A DNA stretch of 64,000 nt from an uncultured Acidobacteriota bacterium (GTDB taxonomy: Bacteria; Acidobacteriota; Vicinamibacteria; Fen-336), in contig OY970399.1 in the NCBI GenBank assembly GCA_963720545.1, positions 1,728,001-1,792,000 on the forward strand. Reading direction: 5' to 3'. Below the pieces are notes generated by a model. That model ran no database searches. It was given only the letters and a program-made list of their open reading frames with translations, and was not told the origin of the DNA. A program made the position numbers and the translations under genes. Positions 11,368 to 22,880 of this stretch are shown piece after piece. How positions within the stretch are numbered: the first letter of the stretch is position 1; every line of letters begins with the position of its first letter.

Positions 11368-12120
11368 CTAGGCCTTGACGACGGCGGGGTTCTTCTCGTC
11401 GCTCTCGACCTTGCCGTCGCGGATGTGGATGACGCGGTGGGCGTGGTCGGCGATGTCGCGCTCATGGGTGACGACGATGATGGTGTTGCCCTTCGAGTGC
11501 AGCGTCTCGAACAGGCGCATGATCTCTTCGCCGGTGGCGCTGTCGAGGTTGCCGGTGGGCTCGTCCGCGAGCAGGATCGACGGCCCCATGACGAGCGCGC
11601 GGGCGATGGCGACGCGCTGGCGCTGGCCGCCGGACAGCTCGGACGGCTTGTGGCTCATGCGCTGCGACAGGTCGACCATGTCGAGCGCCTGCTTCGCCTT
11701 CTCGATGCGCTTGTCTTTGGGAATGCCGGCGTAGACGAGAGGCAGCTCGACGTTTTGCAGCGCCGAGGCGCGCGGCAGCAGGTTGAAGGTCTGGAAGACG
11801 AAGCCGATTTCCTTGTTGCGCACCGCCGCCAGTTCGTCGTCGTCCATCTGCGACACCACCTTGCCCTGCAGCACGTAGGTGCCGCGCGACGGCGTGTCGA
11901 GGCAGCCGATGAGGTTCATGAGCGTCGACTTGCCCGAGCCGGACGGCCCCATGATGGCGACGTACTCGTTGGGCTTGATGTCGAAGCTGACGCCGCGCAA
12001 GGCGTGGATCTCTTCCGAGCCCATCTGGTAGGTGCGCCAGAGGTCTTCGGTGTGTATGACCGCGCCGTTTGCGTTCTTGAGGGCCTGGGCGTTCGTGCTG
12101 GCGCTGGCGCTGCTGCTCAT
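11368..12120 (-). CDS. ABC transporter ATP-binding protein (MacB/LolD-like)
   Basis: Walker [10 protein letters not shown], signature LSGGQRQR, Walker [13 protein letters not shown]-loop VTHE. Confidence 0.95.
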   Translation of the reverse strand: MSSSASASTNAQALKNANGAVIHTEDLWRTYQMGSEEIHALRGVSFDIKPNEYVAIMGPSGSGKSTLMNLIGCLDTPSRGTYVLQGKVVSQMDDDELAAVRNKEIGFVFQTFNLLPRASALQNVELPLVYAGIPKDKRIEKAKQALDMVDLSQRMSHKPSELSGGQRQRVAIARALVMGPSILLADEPTGNLDSATGEEIMRLFETLHSKGNTIIVVTHERDIADHAHRVIHIRDGKVESDEKNPAVVKA

Positions 12121-13421
12121 GCCTGGCCGCCCTTGCGGACTTCGGGCTTCACCTTGGCGTCCTCCTTGAGGGTGCGCAGCGCCTTGTACGAGCCGGTGAC
12201 GATGTCGTCGCCGCTCTTCAGGCCGTCGGTGATCTCGATGTCGGTGTCGCCGATGATGCCGGTCTTCACCGAGCGGAACGCCGCCTTGCCGGCGTTCACC
12301 ACGAACACGCCTTCCTTCTCCTCCACCTTGGTTTTGATGGTGGTGACGGTGTTTACGTTGCCGGTGTCGTTCGGCACCGCCTCGTCGCCCGGGTTCACCA
12401 CCTTGCCGTTCGCGTCCACGGTGCGCGCCACCACCGCCTGGATGGGCACCGCGAGCACCTTCTCCTTGCGCGCCGTGGTGATGTCGGCGGTGGCGTTCAG
12501 GCCCGGGCGGATGGTGGACGGCGGATCCGCGAGCGTGATGGTGACCTTGAAGTCCTTCGCCTGGTTTGCGGTGCTCTGGTTGGCGCTTGCCGCCGCCACA
12601 GTGCCGCCGCGCGCGACTGCCGACGAGCCGATCTCGGTGACCGAACCCTTGATCTTCAGGTCCTGCAGCGCGTCGACGCGGATCTCGGCGGACTGCCCGA
12701 GCGCCAGGTTGCGGATGTCGGTCTCGTCCACCATCACCTCGCACTCCATCACCGAAAGGTCGGCGACGGTCATGATGACGGTGGGCTGAAAGCTCTGCGC
12801 GCCGATCACCACTTCGCCCTCTTCCTTCACCAGGCTCGTGACGTAGCCGTCCATGGGTGAGGCGACAGTGGTCTTGTCGAGGTTGTCCTTGACGCTAACG
12901 TAGCCGGCCTGGGTCTGGGAGACGCGGCGCTTCAGCGCATCGACGTTCGCCAGCTGCATGTTGATCTGCGCGGCCGACTCGTCGTACTGCTGGTCGGAGA
13001 CGAGCTGCTCGACGTGCATCTTCTTCATTCTTTCGAATGCCAGGCGGTTCATCGCGAGTTCGGCCTCGGCGCGGTTCAGCTCGGCGCGCTGCGCCTGCAC
13101 CGCGGCGCGCGACTGGTCGGCGTCGGCGACGAACCGCGCCGAGTCGATGCGCACCAGCACCTGGCCCTTCTTCACCCTATCCCCTTCCTTCACAAGGAGT
13201 TCGGTGATTCGGCCGGAGACGTTGGCGCTGATGTCCACGAACTTCTGGGGCTTCACCTCGCCGGAGGCCGATACGATGGACGTGAGGTCTTTCAGGCCGG
13301 CCTTCTGGATCTGGACCTCGACGGTCTTGCGGCTCTCGCGATTGATGCTGATCGCCACGACCGCGCCCAGGATTGCGACTCCGACAACGGATCCCAGGAT
13401 GATCCGGCTCTTTTTGGTCAA
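12117..13421 (-). CDS. Periplasmic adaptor / membrane fusion protein (MacA/YknX-like)
   Basis: N-terminal [27 protein letters not shown], lipoyl and hairpin pattern. Confidence 0.9.
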   Translation of the reverse strand: MTKKSRIILGSVVGVAILGAVVAISINRESRKTVEVQIQKAGLKDLTSIVSASGEVKPQKFVDISANVSGRITELLVKEGDRVKKGQVLVRIDSARFVADADQSRAAVQAQRAELNRAEAELAMNRLAFERMKKMHVEQLVSDQQYDESAAQINMQLANVDALKRRVSQTQAGYVSVKDNLDKTTVASPMDGYVTSLVKEEGEVVIGAQSFQPTVIMTVADLSVMECEVMVDETDIRNLALGQSAEIRVDALQDLKIKGSVTEIGSSAVARGGTVAAASANQSTANQAKDFKVTITLADPPSTIRPGLNATADITTARKEKVLAVPIQAVVARTVDANGKVVNPGDEAVPNDTGNVNTVTTIKTKVEEKEGVFVVNAGKAAFRSVKTGIIGDTDIEITDGLKSGDDIVTGSYKALRTLKEDAKVKPEVRKGGQA

Positions 13422-13467
13422 GGGGGCCTACCTCCAGGCACACGACGAAGCGGGGTGTCACCTCAAG

Positions 13468-13493
13468 TACGCACGGACACCCCAAAGGTTCCT
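13468..13493 (-). promoter_or_regulatory. Putative ECF (SigW-like) promoter of the ABC exporter operon
   Basis: Minus strand AGGAAC-N16-CGTA; overlapped by the inverted repeat GGGGTGTC/GACACCCC (13452-13483). Confidence 0.55.
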
Positions 13494-13531
13494 CAAACCA
13501 GATGATATTCGATTGGCCTGGCGCGCCGTTT

Positions 13532-14938
13532 TCAGAGCTTGAGGAAGCTCCATTCCCGGCTGAAAGGCACGCGGCTCATGAGCACGGAATGGTCTTTCAG
13601 CACCACTAAACGGTCGCTCGGGTTGACGCCGACTCCGAGTTTCGCGTCGTAGAGGCCCGGCTCCACCGAAAACGTCATGCCTTCCTCGATGGGGGTGTCG
13701 TCGCCGAGGGCCAGGTAGGGCGGCTGGTGGCCTTCGTAGTTCTGGCCCTGCCCATGGCCGGGCCGGTGATAGATCCGCTCCTGCATGCCGTTCTTGATCT
13801 GGTGCTCGTGAACCTTTTGCGCGACTTCGGAGCAGAGGCGTCCGGGGCGAGTCTCCTCCACCATGATCTGCACGGTCTCGGCCACCACCAGCCACATCTT
13901 TTCGTGTGTCGGGTCGTTGGGGGCGATGAGGTAGTTGCGGTAGCACTCGCCGCCGTAGCCGCCGAGCAGGATGTCGCAGTTGACGTAGAGCGGCCCGCCG
14001 CGCGCGATCTTCGTGTGAAAGAACTGGTTGGGATGCGGGAACGCGGTGGCGACGCCGGCGCGCACGTATTGCCAGGTGACGTCGATGCCGACGGCGCTGT
14101 GCGGCTTGCCGTCGCGCTTCACGTCTTTCATCATCAGGTTGATGCCGTAGGCCGAGAGCGCCTGGCCCACCTCGAAGTCGGTCGCCCGCAGGCCGCGCTC
14201 GAGGATGTAGTCGCGCGCGAACGCGTGCACCTTGTCGAAGTAGCGGTAGGCGCGCTGCGTGAGGGCGATCTCTTCCGGTGTCTTGAGGATCCGCATCTTC
14301 AGGCAGTCGTCGCCGATGCCGATGACTCGCGCCTTCGGCAGCACGCGCTTCAAAGTCTCGCGGCGCGCGTCGCTCAGCTCGACGTCGAGGGCGATCGTCT
14401 TCTCGGCGAAGCCGCGCTTCGCGAGGCCGGTCAACACCCACTCCCACAGGTCCACGCGCTGGCCGCGCGCCGCGGTGCCGCGGTTGGGGAACGAGCCTGC
14501 CACGTGCGGGTAGCAGAAGTAGTACTCGTTCTCGGTGCACCACCACGACGAGATGAGGTCGCGGTCGATGCCGGGCGAATACCAGTAGACGGTGTCCTTT
14601 TCCTTGACCGGGAAGAGCGCCCAGGTGGTGCGCTCGCCGCTCTGGTGGAAGCAGCCCGTGTAGTAGACGATGTTGTCGTCGTCCTGCAGGAGCACCACGT
14701 CGGCGCCCGCGGCCGCCGCCTTGTCCTTCAGGCGCTGCGCGGTTGCCTGGTACCAGGCGAGCGGCAGCCGGTCGTAGCCGAGCGGCGCTGGTTCGGGCTG
14801 CACGCGGTCCTTGACGAGGAGCGCTTCCGAACCGCCCCCGGCCGCGGTTCCGGCGAAAGCCATGTCGGCGGCGACGGTGTTGGCGGCGGCCAGCCCGAGG
14901 CCCATCTCTCGAATGAAACGGCGGCGCGGTTGGTCCAT
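13532..14938 (-). CDS. Tat-exported M24 (pita-bread fold) peptidase/creatinase-like hydrolase
   Basis: RRRFI Tat motif; MRILKTPEEI, HRPGHGQG, GMTFSVEPGLY. Confidence 0.8.
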   Translation of the reverse strand: MDQPRRRFIREMGLGLAAANTVAADMAFAGTAAGGGSEALLVKDRVQPEPAPLGYDRLPLAWYQATAQRLKDKAAAAGADVVLLQDDDNIVYYTGCFHQSGERTTWALFPVKEKDTVYWYSPGIDRDLISSWWCTENEYYFCYPHVAGSFPNRGTAARGQRVDLWEWVLTGLAKRGFAEKTIALDVELSDARRETLKRVLPKARVIGIGDDCLKMRILKTPEEIALTQRAYRYFDKVHAFARDYILERGLRATDFEVGQALSAYGINLMMKDVKRDGKPHSAVGIDVTWQYVRAGVATAFPHPNQFFHTKIARGGPLYVNCDILLGGYGGECYRNYLIAPNDPTHEKMWLVVAETVQIMVEETRPGRLCSEVAQKVHEHQIKNGMQERIYHRPGHGQGQNYEGHQPPYLALGDDTPIEEGMTFSVEPGLYDAKLGVGVNPSDRLVVLKDHSVLMSRVPFSREWSFLKL

Positions 14939-14947
14939 GAGCGGATG

Positions 14948-15829
14948 CTAGCCGAGCCCGCGCGCCAGCTCTCCGGCGACCCGTGCGTTGCTGCGCAGGA
15001 GGGCGCGGTTGGCGTCGACGCTGCGGCCGCCGCTCGCCTGGCGCATCGCTTCGAGGAGCGCCGGCGTCGCGTCACGGCCCGTCGCCTCGGGCGCACGCAG
15101 GGCAGCAGCGAGCGCGTGGTCGTAGACATCCGCGCGCAACTCGTCCTTCTCGGGAATCGGGTTGCCGATGACGATGCCGGTGCCGATGCCGAGCTTGAAG
15201 TGCGCGCCCACAGCGCGCGCCAGGCTCTCGATGTCGTCGAAGCGCGCATCGACGGGAAGTCCGCTCGCGCGGCGATAGAACGCCGGCAGCTCGCCCGTGC
15301 CAAAGCCGTAAACCGGCACGCCCAGCGTCTCGAGCATCTCGCGCGTGCGCGGCAGGTCGAGGATCGCCTTGGCGCCGGCGCACACGACCGCGACCGGGAA
15401 GCGCTTCAGGGCGAACAGGTCGCCGGAGATGTCGCCCGTCTCCGCGGCGCCGCGATGCACGCCGCCGATGCCCCCGGTCGCGAACACGGCGATGCCAGAG
15501 TGGTGCGCGGCGAACATCGTCGCCGCCACTGTCAAAGAACCGTTGGCATGCGCGGCGAGATTGGCGAGGTTGAGCTTGGCCACGTTCGGGATGGCGGCGA
15601 GCCGGCGCAGTTGTGCTTCGTCGAGACCAACGATGAGCCTGCCGTCGAGGACGCCGCTCGTCGCGGGGATGGCACCGGCGCCGCGCACCTCCGCCTCCAT
15701 CTCTAGCGCCGTGTCGACGCCTTGGGGATGTGGCAGGCCATGGGTGACGACTGTCGTCTCGAGCGCCACCACGGGACGGCCGCTCGCGATCGCGGCCGCA
15801 ACATCCGCGCTCACGACGATGGCGGTCAT
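14948..15829 (-). CDS. psuG: Pseudouridine-5'-phosphate glycosidase (IndA/PsuG family)
   Basis: VALETTVVTHGLP, FATGGIGGVHRG, DISGDL, CAGAKAILD, TPALL, GGRSVDAN. Confidence 0.88.
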   Translation of the reverse strand: MTAIVVSADVAAAIASGRPVVALETTVVTHGLPHPQGVDTALEMEAEVRGAGAIPATSGVLDGRLIVGLDEAQLRRLAAIPNVAKLNLANLAAHANGSLTVAATMFAAHHSGIAVFATGGIGGVHRGAAETGDISGDLFALKRFPVAVVCAGAKAILDLPRTREMLETLGVPVYGFGTGELPAFYRRASGLPVDARFDDIESLARAVGAHFKLGIGTGIVIGNPIPEKDELRADVYDHALAAALRAPEATGRDATPALLEAMRQASGGRSVDANRALLRSNARVAGELARGLG

Positions 15830-16725
15830 GCCGGAAACCAGTCGCCCAGGCGCTTCTCGGCGCGCTCCGGCGTCGCCGCCAGCAAGCCGCCGATACCCCA
15901 TCCCGCGATCGCGAAGCTGGCCGTGACGATGCCGCGCTGGACGCAGCGCTCGGCAGTGTCGCCGGCGAGCCAGCCGGCGAGGTAGCCGGCCGCGAACGCA
16001 TCGCCGCCGCCGGTGGTATCGACGACGCCGTCGTGTCGCGGCGGCCAGCGGTGCCAGCCGTCCGCATCGCGCCAGCAGCCGCCGTCCCGCCCCTGCTTCA
16101 GCGCCAGCACCGAAGTGCGGCCGCCCCACAGCCGATCGAGTGTCGAGCGCGGGTCGCCGCGGTCGTGCGGGACCAGCAGTTCGTCGGCGCTCAGGAAGAA
16201 GAGGTCGCCGGCGCCCGCGAGCCGCTGGCCAATCTCCCATGTTTCTTCGGTCAACAGCAGGTACGGGTCGAGCGACAACTGCGCCTGCGTGATCTTCGCC
16301 AGGTCGCCGGCGATCTCCAGCTGGATCTCGTACGGCATCGGCGCCACGTGAAAGGCGCGCGCGCCCAGCCAGTGCGGTGGCAGGTCGGTGACGCGCGGCG
16401 TCACCGCGGCAAGCGGCGGCGAGGCGAGATGGTGGACGAGGTGGCGGATGGGCCCTTCGTAGAGGAGCCAGTTGCGCACGCCAGGCCCGTCGATGGTGCG
16501 CACGCCTTCGAGTGCCACGCCGCGCTGCGCCAGCAGCTCGAGCGCCGCGCGTGGATAGTCGCGGTCGCGCAGCGTGACGATGCCGACCTGCACCCGCCAG
16601 AGCGCCGCCGCCAGGCCGAAGTACAAGGCGGCACCCCCGGGTTCGCCAAAACGGGTGCGGCCATCCTCGAAAACGACGTCGTCGGTGAGCAGGTGGCCGA
16701 AGACGACGAGGTCGGGCGCGCTCAC
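15826..16725 (-). CDS. PfkB-family carbohydrate/nucleoside kinase (candidate pseudouridine kinase)
   Basis: PGGAALY near the N-terminus and VVDTTGGGDAFAAG PfkB signature; overlaps psuG. Confidence 0.85.
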   Translation of the reverse strand: MSAPDLVVFGHLLTDDVVFEDGRTRFGEPGGAALYFGLAAALWRVQVGIVTLRDRDYPRAALELLAQRGVALEGVRTIDGPGVRNWLLYEGPIRHLVHHLASPPLAAVTPRVTDLPPHWLGARAFHVAPMPYEIQLEIAGDLAKITQAQLSLDPYLLLTEETWEIGQRLAGAGDLFFLSADELLVPHDRGDPRSTLDRLWGGRTSVLALKQGRDGGCWRDADGWHRWPPRHDGVVDTTGGGDAFAAGYLAGWLAGDTAERCVQRGIVTASFAIAGWGIGGLLAATPERAEKRLGDWFPA

Positions 16726-17531
16726 CGTCGGCGCACCGCCATCGCGCGCACCAGCGCCGTCGCTCGCGCGAGGTCGAGTGGCTGGTCCCAGCTTCCCTTC
16801 CTCTTCACCGAGGAGCCCACGATGAGTCCAGCGGCGCGGTGGTAGTCGCGGATATTGTCCACGTTGATGCCGGAGCCAACGAACACCGGGATGTGGACCG
16901 CATCGGCTGCCTGCGCCACTTCGGAAGCATCGGTCGGCGAGCCGGTCGCCGCACCGGTGACGACGACGCCGTCGGCGAGGAAGAACTCCGCCGCGTGCGC
17001 GGTCTCTGCCAGGCTCACGTCGGCGGTTGCGGCGTGCGCCGAATGCTTTTTCTTGATGTCGGCGACGATGCGCACCGAGGTGGCGCCGATCGCCTTGCGG
17101 TAACGCGTGATCGCGGCGGCGGACGATTCGATCCAGCCTTCGTCCGCGACGTGGCCAAACACGAACCCCTCGACGCGCACGAACGCGGCACCGGCAGCAT
17201 GCGCCACTGCGATGGCCTCGCGGTTGGCGCCCGCCAGCACCTGCACCCCGAGCGGCAGGTTCACCGCGCGTCGCACTTCCCGGGCAACGACGGTCATCCC
17301 CGCGACGATCTCCGGCGCGGCCTGCCCCTTCACATAAGGCCGATCGTGCATGTTCTCCACCATCAGCACGGGGAACCCGGCCTTCGCGTAGATCCGGGCT
17401 TCCGCCACCGCAGTGGCGACGATCTGGTCGAGCGAGTAGCGATGCTTCGGTGTCCCCGGCAACGCGCCCACATGAATCACTCCAATGAGCGCCCGCGGCA
17501 CACCGAACACGTCCTCGAACCACCCGGCCAT
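16722..17531 (-). CDS. BtpA/SgcQ family TIM-barrel protein
   Basis: LIGVIHVGALPGTP, MVENMHDRPY, ADIKKKHS, DGVVVTGAATG, VGSG, IVGSSVK. Confidence 0.88.
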   Translation of the reverse strand: MAGWFEDVFGVPRALIGVIHVGALPGTPKHRYSLDQIVATAVAEARIYAKAGFPVLMVENMHDRPYVKGQAAPEIVAGMTVVAREVRRAVNLPLGVQVLAGANREAIAVAHAAGAAFVRVEGFVFGHVADEGWIESSAAAITRYRKAIGATSVRIVADIKKKHSAHAATADVSLAETAHAAEFFLADGVVVTGAATGSPTDASEVAQAADAVHIPVFVGSGINVDNIRDYHRAAGLIVGSSVKRKGSWDQPLDLARATALVRAMAVRRR

Positions 17532-17655
17532 GGCGCGGAGGCTACCACCCACGTTCTACAAAGCGACCCTTGCCCGCGCCTGTTTCTGCACCGGTTCGGC
17601 CATACCGCGGGTGGCGCGAAACATGCACTGTCGCGGGGCCAACTGGAGGTGGGGT

Positions 17656-17784
17656 TTGAGCAAGTTGCTGCGCGGCGCCGTTGCGGGCTGGGGAGCCACC
17701 AAGCTTGGCGGCGGCTGCTTCACGACGATCCTGTTCTTCGTGCTGCTCTGGTGGGCGCTCGGACATTTCCAGATCTTCCGCTGA
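17656..17784 (+). CDS. Small (42 aa) membrane protein
   Basis: GGAGGT RBS at 17645-17650, TTG start; MSKLLRGAVAGWGATKLGGGCFTTILFFVLLWWALGHFQIFR. Confidence 0.6.
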   Translation: MSKLLRGAVAGWGATKLGGGCFTTILFFVLLWWALGHFQIFR

Positions 17785-17822
17785 GTGCGGGCCGCCCGAG
17801 GGCCCGGGCGTATCATTGATTA

Positions 17823-19247
<1,425 letters not shown>

Positions 19248-19255
19248 CCCACGCG

Positions 19256-20470
19256 CTAGGCGAGTTCGGAGCCTTTGGTTTCCGGCAGGAAGAGCCACAT
19301 CGACGCCGCAAAGACATAGGCGAGGGCGGTGACGCTGAACGCGTTGCCGAAGCCGTGGGTTTGGGCCAGGCCCCCGACGAGCATGGGGGCGACAGCGCCC
19401 CCGAGCCGTCCGGTGTTGTAGATGAGGCCCTGTGCGGTCGCGCGAACCCGCGTCGGGAAAATCTCGGCCGTGACCACACCGATGCCCGAGAAATGTCCCG
19501 TACAGAAAAATGCCACGAACGGGCCGAGGCAGAGGAGCAGCGTCGGATTGCGGCTCAGGCCGTAGAGCGGCAGCAGGATTGCGGCGAGGACCAGGTAGGA
19601 GACGTAGGTCTTCTTGCGGCCGACCCGGTCGCTGATGAAACCAAAGCTCACGTAGCCGAACCACGTGCCCACCTGCATTGCGACGATGAAGAGCGACATG
19701 CTGGTGGTGTTCAAGCCAACTCCGCCTTCACGCACCGGCAGCGACAGGTAGGCGGGCACCCACAGGTTGAACCCCCACCAGGCGAACATGGCCCCGACCT
19801 GCAACAGCGTCAACGCCAGCGTGCGGCGGCCCAGGGTGCCGGACAGGATCGTCGAGAACCGTCCGCCCGTTTCGGCTGTTCGCGACTTCGTCCAGATCTC
19901 CGGTTCGGGCACCGCCTTGCGAATCCACAACGTGACAAGCGCGGGGATCACGCCGACGAAGAAGACCACGCGCCAGCCAAGGGTGGGCAGCACCACTGCG
20001 GTGATCAGGGCGGCGAGGGCGTAGCCCACCGCCCAGGCGCTCTGCACGACGGCGAGCGCCTTGCCGCGGTCTTTCGCCGACCAGGTTTCCGCCACCAGCG
20101 ACGCTCCGGTTGCCCATTCGCCGCCCATGCCGAGGCCAAGAAAGAAGCGGAAGATCGCGAGCTCCCACGGCGTGCGCGCGAATCCGCACGCGGCGGTGAA
20201 GATCGAGTAGATAAGGATGCTGCCCATGAGGGCGCGGGTGCGGCCGATGCGGTCGGCCAGCACGCCGAACGCGAGGCCGCCGATTGCGGACGCCACGAGG
20301 GTGACGGAGCCCAGCGCTCCGGCCAGGCTCTTGTCCATCCCAAGGTCGCCCATCATGTGGGCCAGCACCAGCGAGTACAGCATCACGTCCATGCTGTCGA
20401 GCATCCAGCCGAGACTCGCGGCAAGCAGTGTGCGCCGCTGGGCAGGTGTAGCCGACCGATACCAATCCAT
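19256..20470 (-). CDS. MFS transporter (carboxylate/sialate-H+ symporter-like)
   Basis: GWMLDSMD, GVLADRIGRTR, GLGMGGEW, EIFPTRVRATAQG, LPETKG. Confidence 0.9.
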   Translation of the reverse strand: MDWYRSATPAQRRTLLAASLGWMLDSMDVMLYSLVLAHMMGDLGMDKSLAGALGSVTLVASAIGGLAFGVLADRIGRTRALMGSILIYSIFTAACGFARTPWELAIFRFFLGLGMGGEWATGASLVAETWSAKDRGKALAVVQSAWAVGYALAALITAVVLPTLGWRVVFFVGVIPALVTLWIRKAVPEPEIWTKSRTAETGGRFSTILSGTLGRRTLALTLLQVGAMFAWWGFNLWVPAYLSLPVREGGVGLNTTSMSLFIVAMQVGTWFGYVSFGFISDRVGRKKTYVSYLVLAAILLPLYGLSRNPTLLLCLGPFVAFFCTGHFSGIGVVTAEIFPTRVRATAQGLIYNTGRLGGAVAPMLVGGLAQTHGFGNAFSVTALAYVFAASMWLFLPETKGSELA

Positions 20471-20537
20471 CGAGTGAGCCGAAGCTACAGAAACGCCGCC
20501 TTTTGCTCAATTCCCGCGCTCGGGCGCCGCGCAAATA

Positions 20538-20567
20538 TTGACCGCGCACGCGCGCGGCGCATAGCAT
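20538..20567 (+). promoter_or_regulatory. Putative sigma70 promoter of the kinase gene
   Basis: TTGACC-N18-TAGCAT, then GGAGG RBS at 20585 before the TTG start at 20593. Confidence 0.4.
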
Positions 20568-20592
20568 TCCTCACCGCTTCCCCGGAGGACTA

Positions 20593-22833
20593 TTGATCGG
20601 GCAGTCCATCTCGCACTACAACATCCAGCGGAAGCTTGGATCCGGCGGGATGGGCGTCGTCTACGAGGCGGAGGACACGCTCCTCGGCCGGCAGGTGGCG
20701 CTCAAGTTCCTCTCGCCGGAAATGGCGAAGGATGCCGCTGCGCTGGAGCGCTTCCAGCGCGAGGCGCGCGCCTCCTCGGCGCTCAACCATCCCGGCATCT
20801 GCACCATCCACGCGATCGAGATGCACGAAGGCCAGCACTTCATCGCGATGGAGCTGCTCGAAGGCGAGAGCCTCGCCGATGCGCTGGTGCGCGGGGCACT
20901 GCCGGTGAACCAGGTGCTGGAACTGGCGGCGCAGGCCGCCGACGCGCTCGAGTCGGCGCACGCGCGCGGCATCGTCCATCGCGACCTGAAGCCGGCGAAC
21001 ATCTTCCTCAACACCCGCGGGCAGTTGAAGATCCTCGACTTCGGCCTCGCCAAGATCGAACGGGGCCATGGCAGCGATCCGCGCGACCAGCGCTCGGACA
21101 TCGCCACCGCGGTGAAGGCGCACGACCTCACCAAGGCCGGCACCACGCTCGGCACGGTTGCCTACATGTCGCCAGAGCAAGCTCGCGGGCAGCTCACCGA
21201 TGCGCGCACCGACCTGTTCTCTCTGGGCGCCGTCGTCTACCAGATGGCGACCGCCAACCTGCCATTCCCCGGAGAGACGTCGGCGGTCGTCTTCGACGCC
21301 ATCCTCAACCGCGACCACCAGCCGCTCGGCCGCCTCAACCCGTCGCTGCCGCCCGAGCTCGACCGCATCGTCGGCAAGGCGCTCGAGAAGGACCGCAACT
21401 TCCGCTACCAGACGGCCGGCGACCTGAAGACCGACCTGCTTCGCCTCAAGCGCGACATCTCCTCGGGCAAGCGCAACACCGCGTCGAGCGCGGGCGGCGA
21501 CTCGCGCGAAGCGGCGCGCCCCAGCCGGACGCGCGACCTGACGCGCACCGTGGCAGTGCTCTACTTCGAGAACCTCAGCAAGGTGGCGGAAGACGAGTAC
21601 CTGCGCGATGGCGTCACCGAGGACCTCATCACCGAGCTGTTCAAGATCAAGAGCCTCAAGGTGATTGCGCGGCCGACCGTGCTCACCTATCGCGACAAGC
21701 AAGTGACGGCGCTGCAGATCGGCCAGCAGCTGGGCGCCAACTATGTGCTCACCGGCAGCATCCGCCGCGCCGGCAACCGGCTGCGCATCAACGCGCAGCT
21801 GGTGGACACCGCCACCGACTTCCCGCTGTGGTCGGAGCGCTACGACCGCGAGATGAAGGACGTGTTCGAGCTGCAGGACGAGATCGCGCGCCGAATCGCC
21901 GAGGCGCTGCGCGTCACGCTCTCCTCGCAGGAGCGCGAGGCGCTCGCCGTTCGCCAGACCGACAACCTGCACGCCTACGACCATTTCCTGCGCGGCCGCA
22001 GCTTCATGCGCCGCCGCACGCGCCAGGACTTCGAGTTCGCGCTGCAGATGTTCGAGAACGCGGTGGCGCTCGACCCGAGCTTCGCGCTGGCGCACGCGGC
22101 GATCGCCAACGTCTGCGCGCAGTACCACTTCCACCACGAGAACCTGCCGGCGTGGCTGGAGCGCGCCGAGAAGGCGGCCAACCGCGCCGCGGAGCTCAGC
22201 GACGACCCCGAGATCCTGGTGGCGCAGGGCTGGATCCTGTACGCGAAGGGCGACCACGAGAAAGCCGTGCACCTGGTGGAGACGGCGATCGAGCAGCGGC
22301 CCGACTGCGACGGCGCCTACTACCTGATCCTGCGCGCCATGTTCAGCGCCGGCCGCTACCACGACGTGGCGCGCATCGCCGATGCCGCGATCGAAGGCGC
22401 CGGCAACGACTACAACGTCTACATCCCCATCACCAACGCGCTCGACCGGCTCGGCAAGAAAGAGCGGCTGGATAACCTCCGCCAGCGCGAGATCCTCGCC
22501 CTCGAGAACCACCTGCGCACCGTGCCCGAGGATGGCCGCGCCCACACGCTGCTCGCGGTCGACTACGCAGCGGTCGGCCGGCGCGACGAAGCGACGCACG
22601 AAGTGAAGATCGCCGTGGCGCTGCGCCCGAATGACGGCCACGTCCTCTACAACGCCGCGTGCACGCTGAGCCTCCTCGGCCTCAAGGCCGAGGCGCTCGA
22701 AACCCTGGGCCGAGCCTGGGAAGGCGGCTTCAAGGACGCCACCTGGACCCGCCGCGACCCCGACCTCGCGTCACTCCACGGCGAGCCGGAATTCGAACGG
22801 CTTTACCCGCCGTCGGCCGCATCCGGCGACTAG
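20593..22833 (+). CDS. Hanks-type Ser/Thr kinase with TolB_N-like and TPR domains
   Basis: GSGGMGVVY, VALK, HRDLKPAN, DFG, YMSPE; VAVLYFENLS; C-terminal TPRs. Confidence 0.93.
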   Translation: MIGQSISHYNIQRKLGSGGMGVVYEAEDTLLGRQVALKFLSPEMAKDAAALERFQREARASSALNHPGICTIHAIEMHEGQHFIAMELLEGESLADALVRGALPVNQVLELAAQAADALESAHARGIVHRDLKPANIFLNTRGQLKILDFGLAKIERGHGSDPRDQRSDIATAVKAHDLTKAGTTLGTVAYMSPEQARGQLTDARTDLFSLGAVVYQMATANLPFPGETSAVVFDAILNRDHQPLGRLNPSLPPELDRIVGKALEKDRNFRYQTAGDLKTDLLRLKRDISSGKRNTASSAGGDSREAARPSRTRDLTRTVAVLYFENLSKVAEDEYLRDGVTEDLITELFKIKSLKVIARPTVLTYRDKQVTALQIGQQLGANYVLTGSIRRAGNRLRINAQLVDTATDFPLWSERYDREMKDVFELQDEIARRIAEALRVTLSSQEREALAVRQTDNLHAYDHFLRGRSFMRRRTRQDFEFALQMFENAVALDPSFALAHAAIANVCAQYHFHHENLPAWLERAEKAANRAAELSDDPEILVAQGWILYAKGDHEKAVHLVETAIEQRPDCDGAYYLILRAMFSAGRYHDVARIADAAIEGAGNDYNVYIPITNALDRLGKKERLDNLRQREILALENHLRTVPEDGRAHTLLAVDYAAVGRRDEATHEVKIAVALRPNDGHVLYNAACTLSLLGLKAEALETLGRAWEGGFKDATWTRRDPDLASLHGEPEFERLYPPSAASGD

Positions 22834-22880
22834 AGCGCTTTTTTTCAAACCCGACGCGGGTCGGCCGTCGTCACAAGGGC

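Noticed and set aside
13452..13483. Hairpin as a riboswitch or terminator
   Set aside because: 8-bp stem with no U-tract or aptamer consensus; better explained as part of the promoter/operator.
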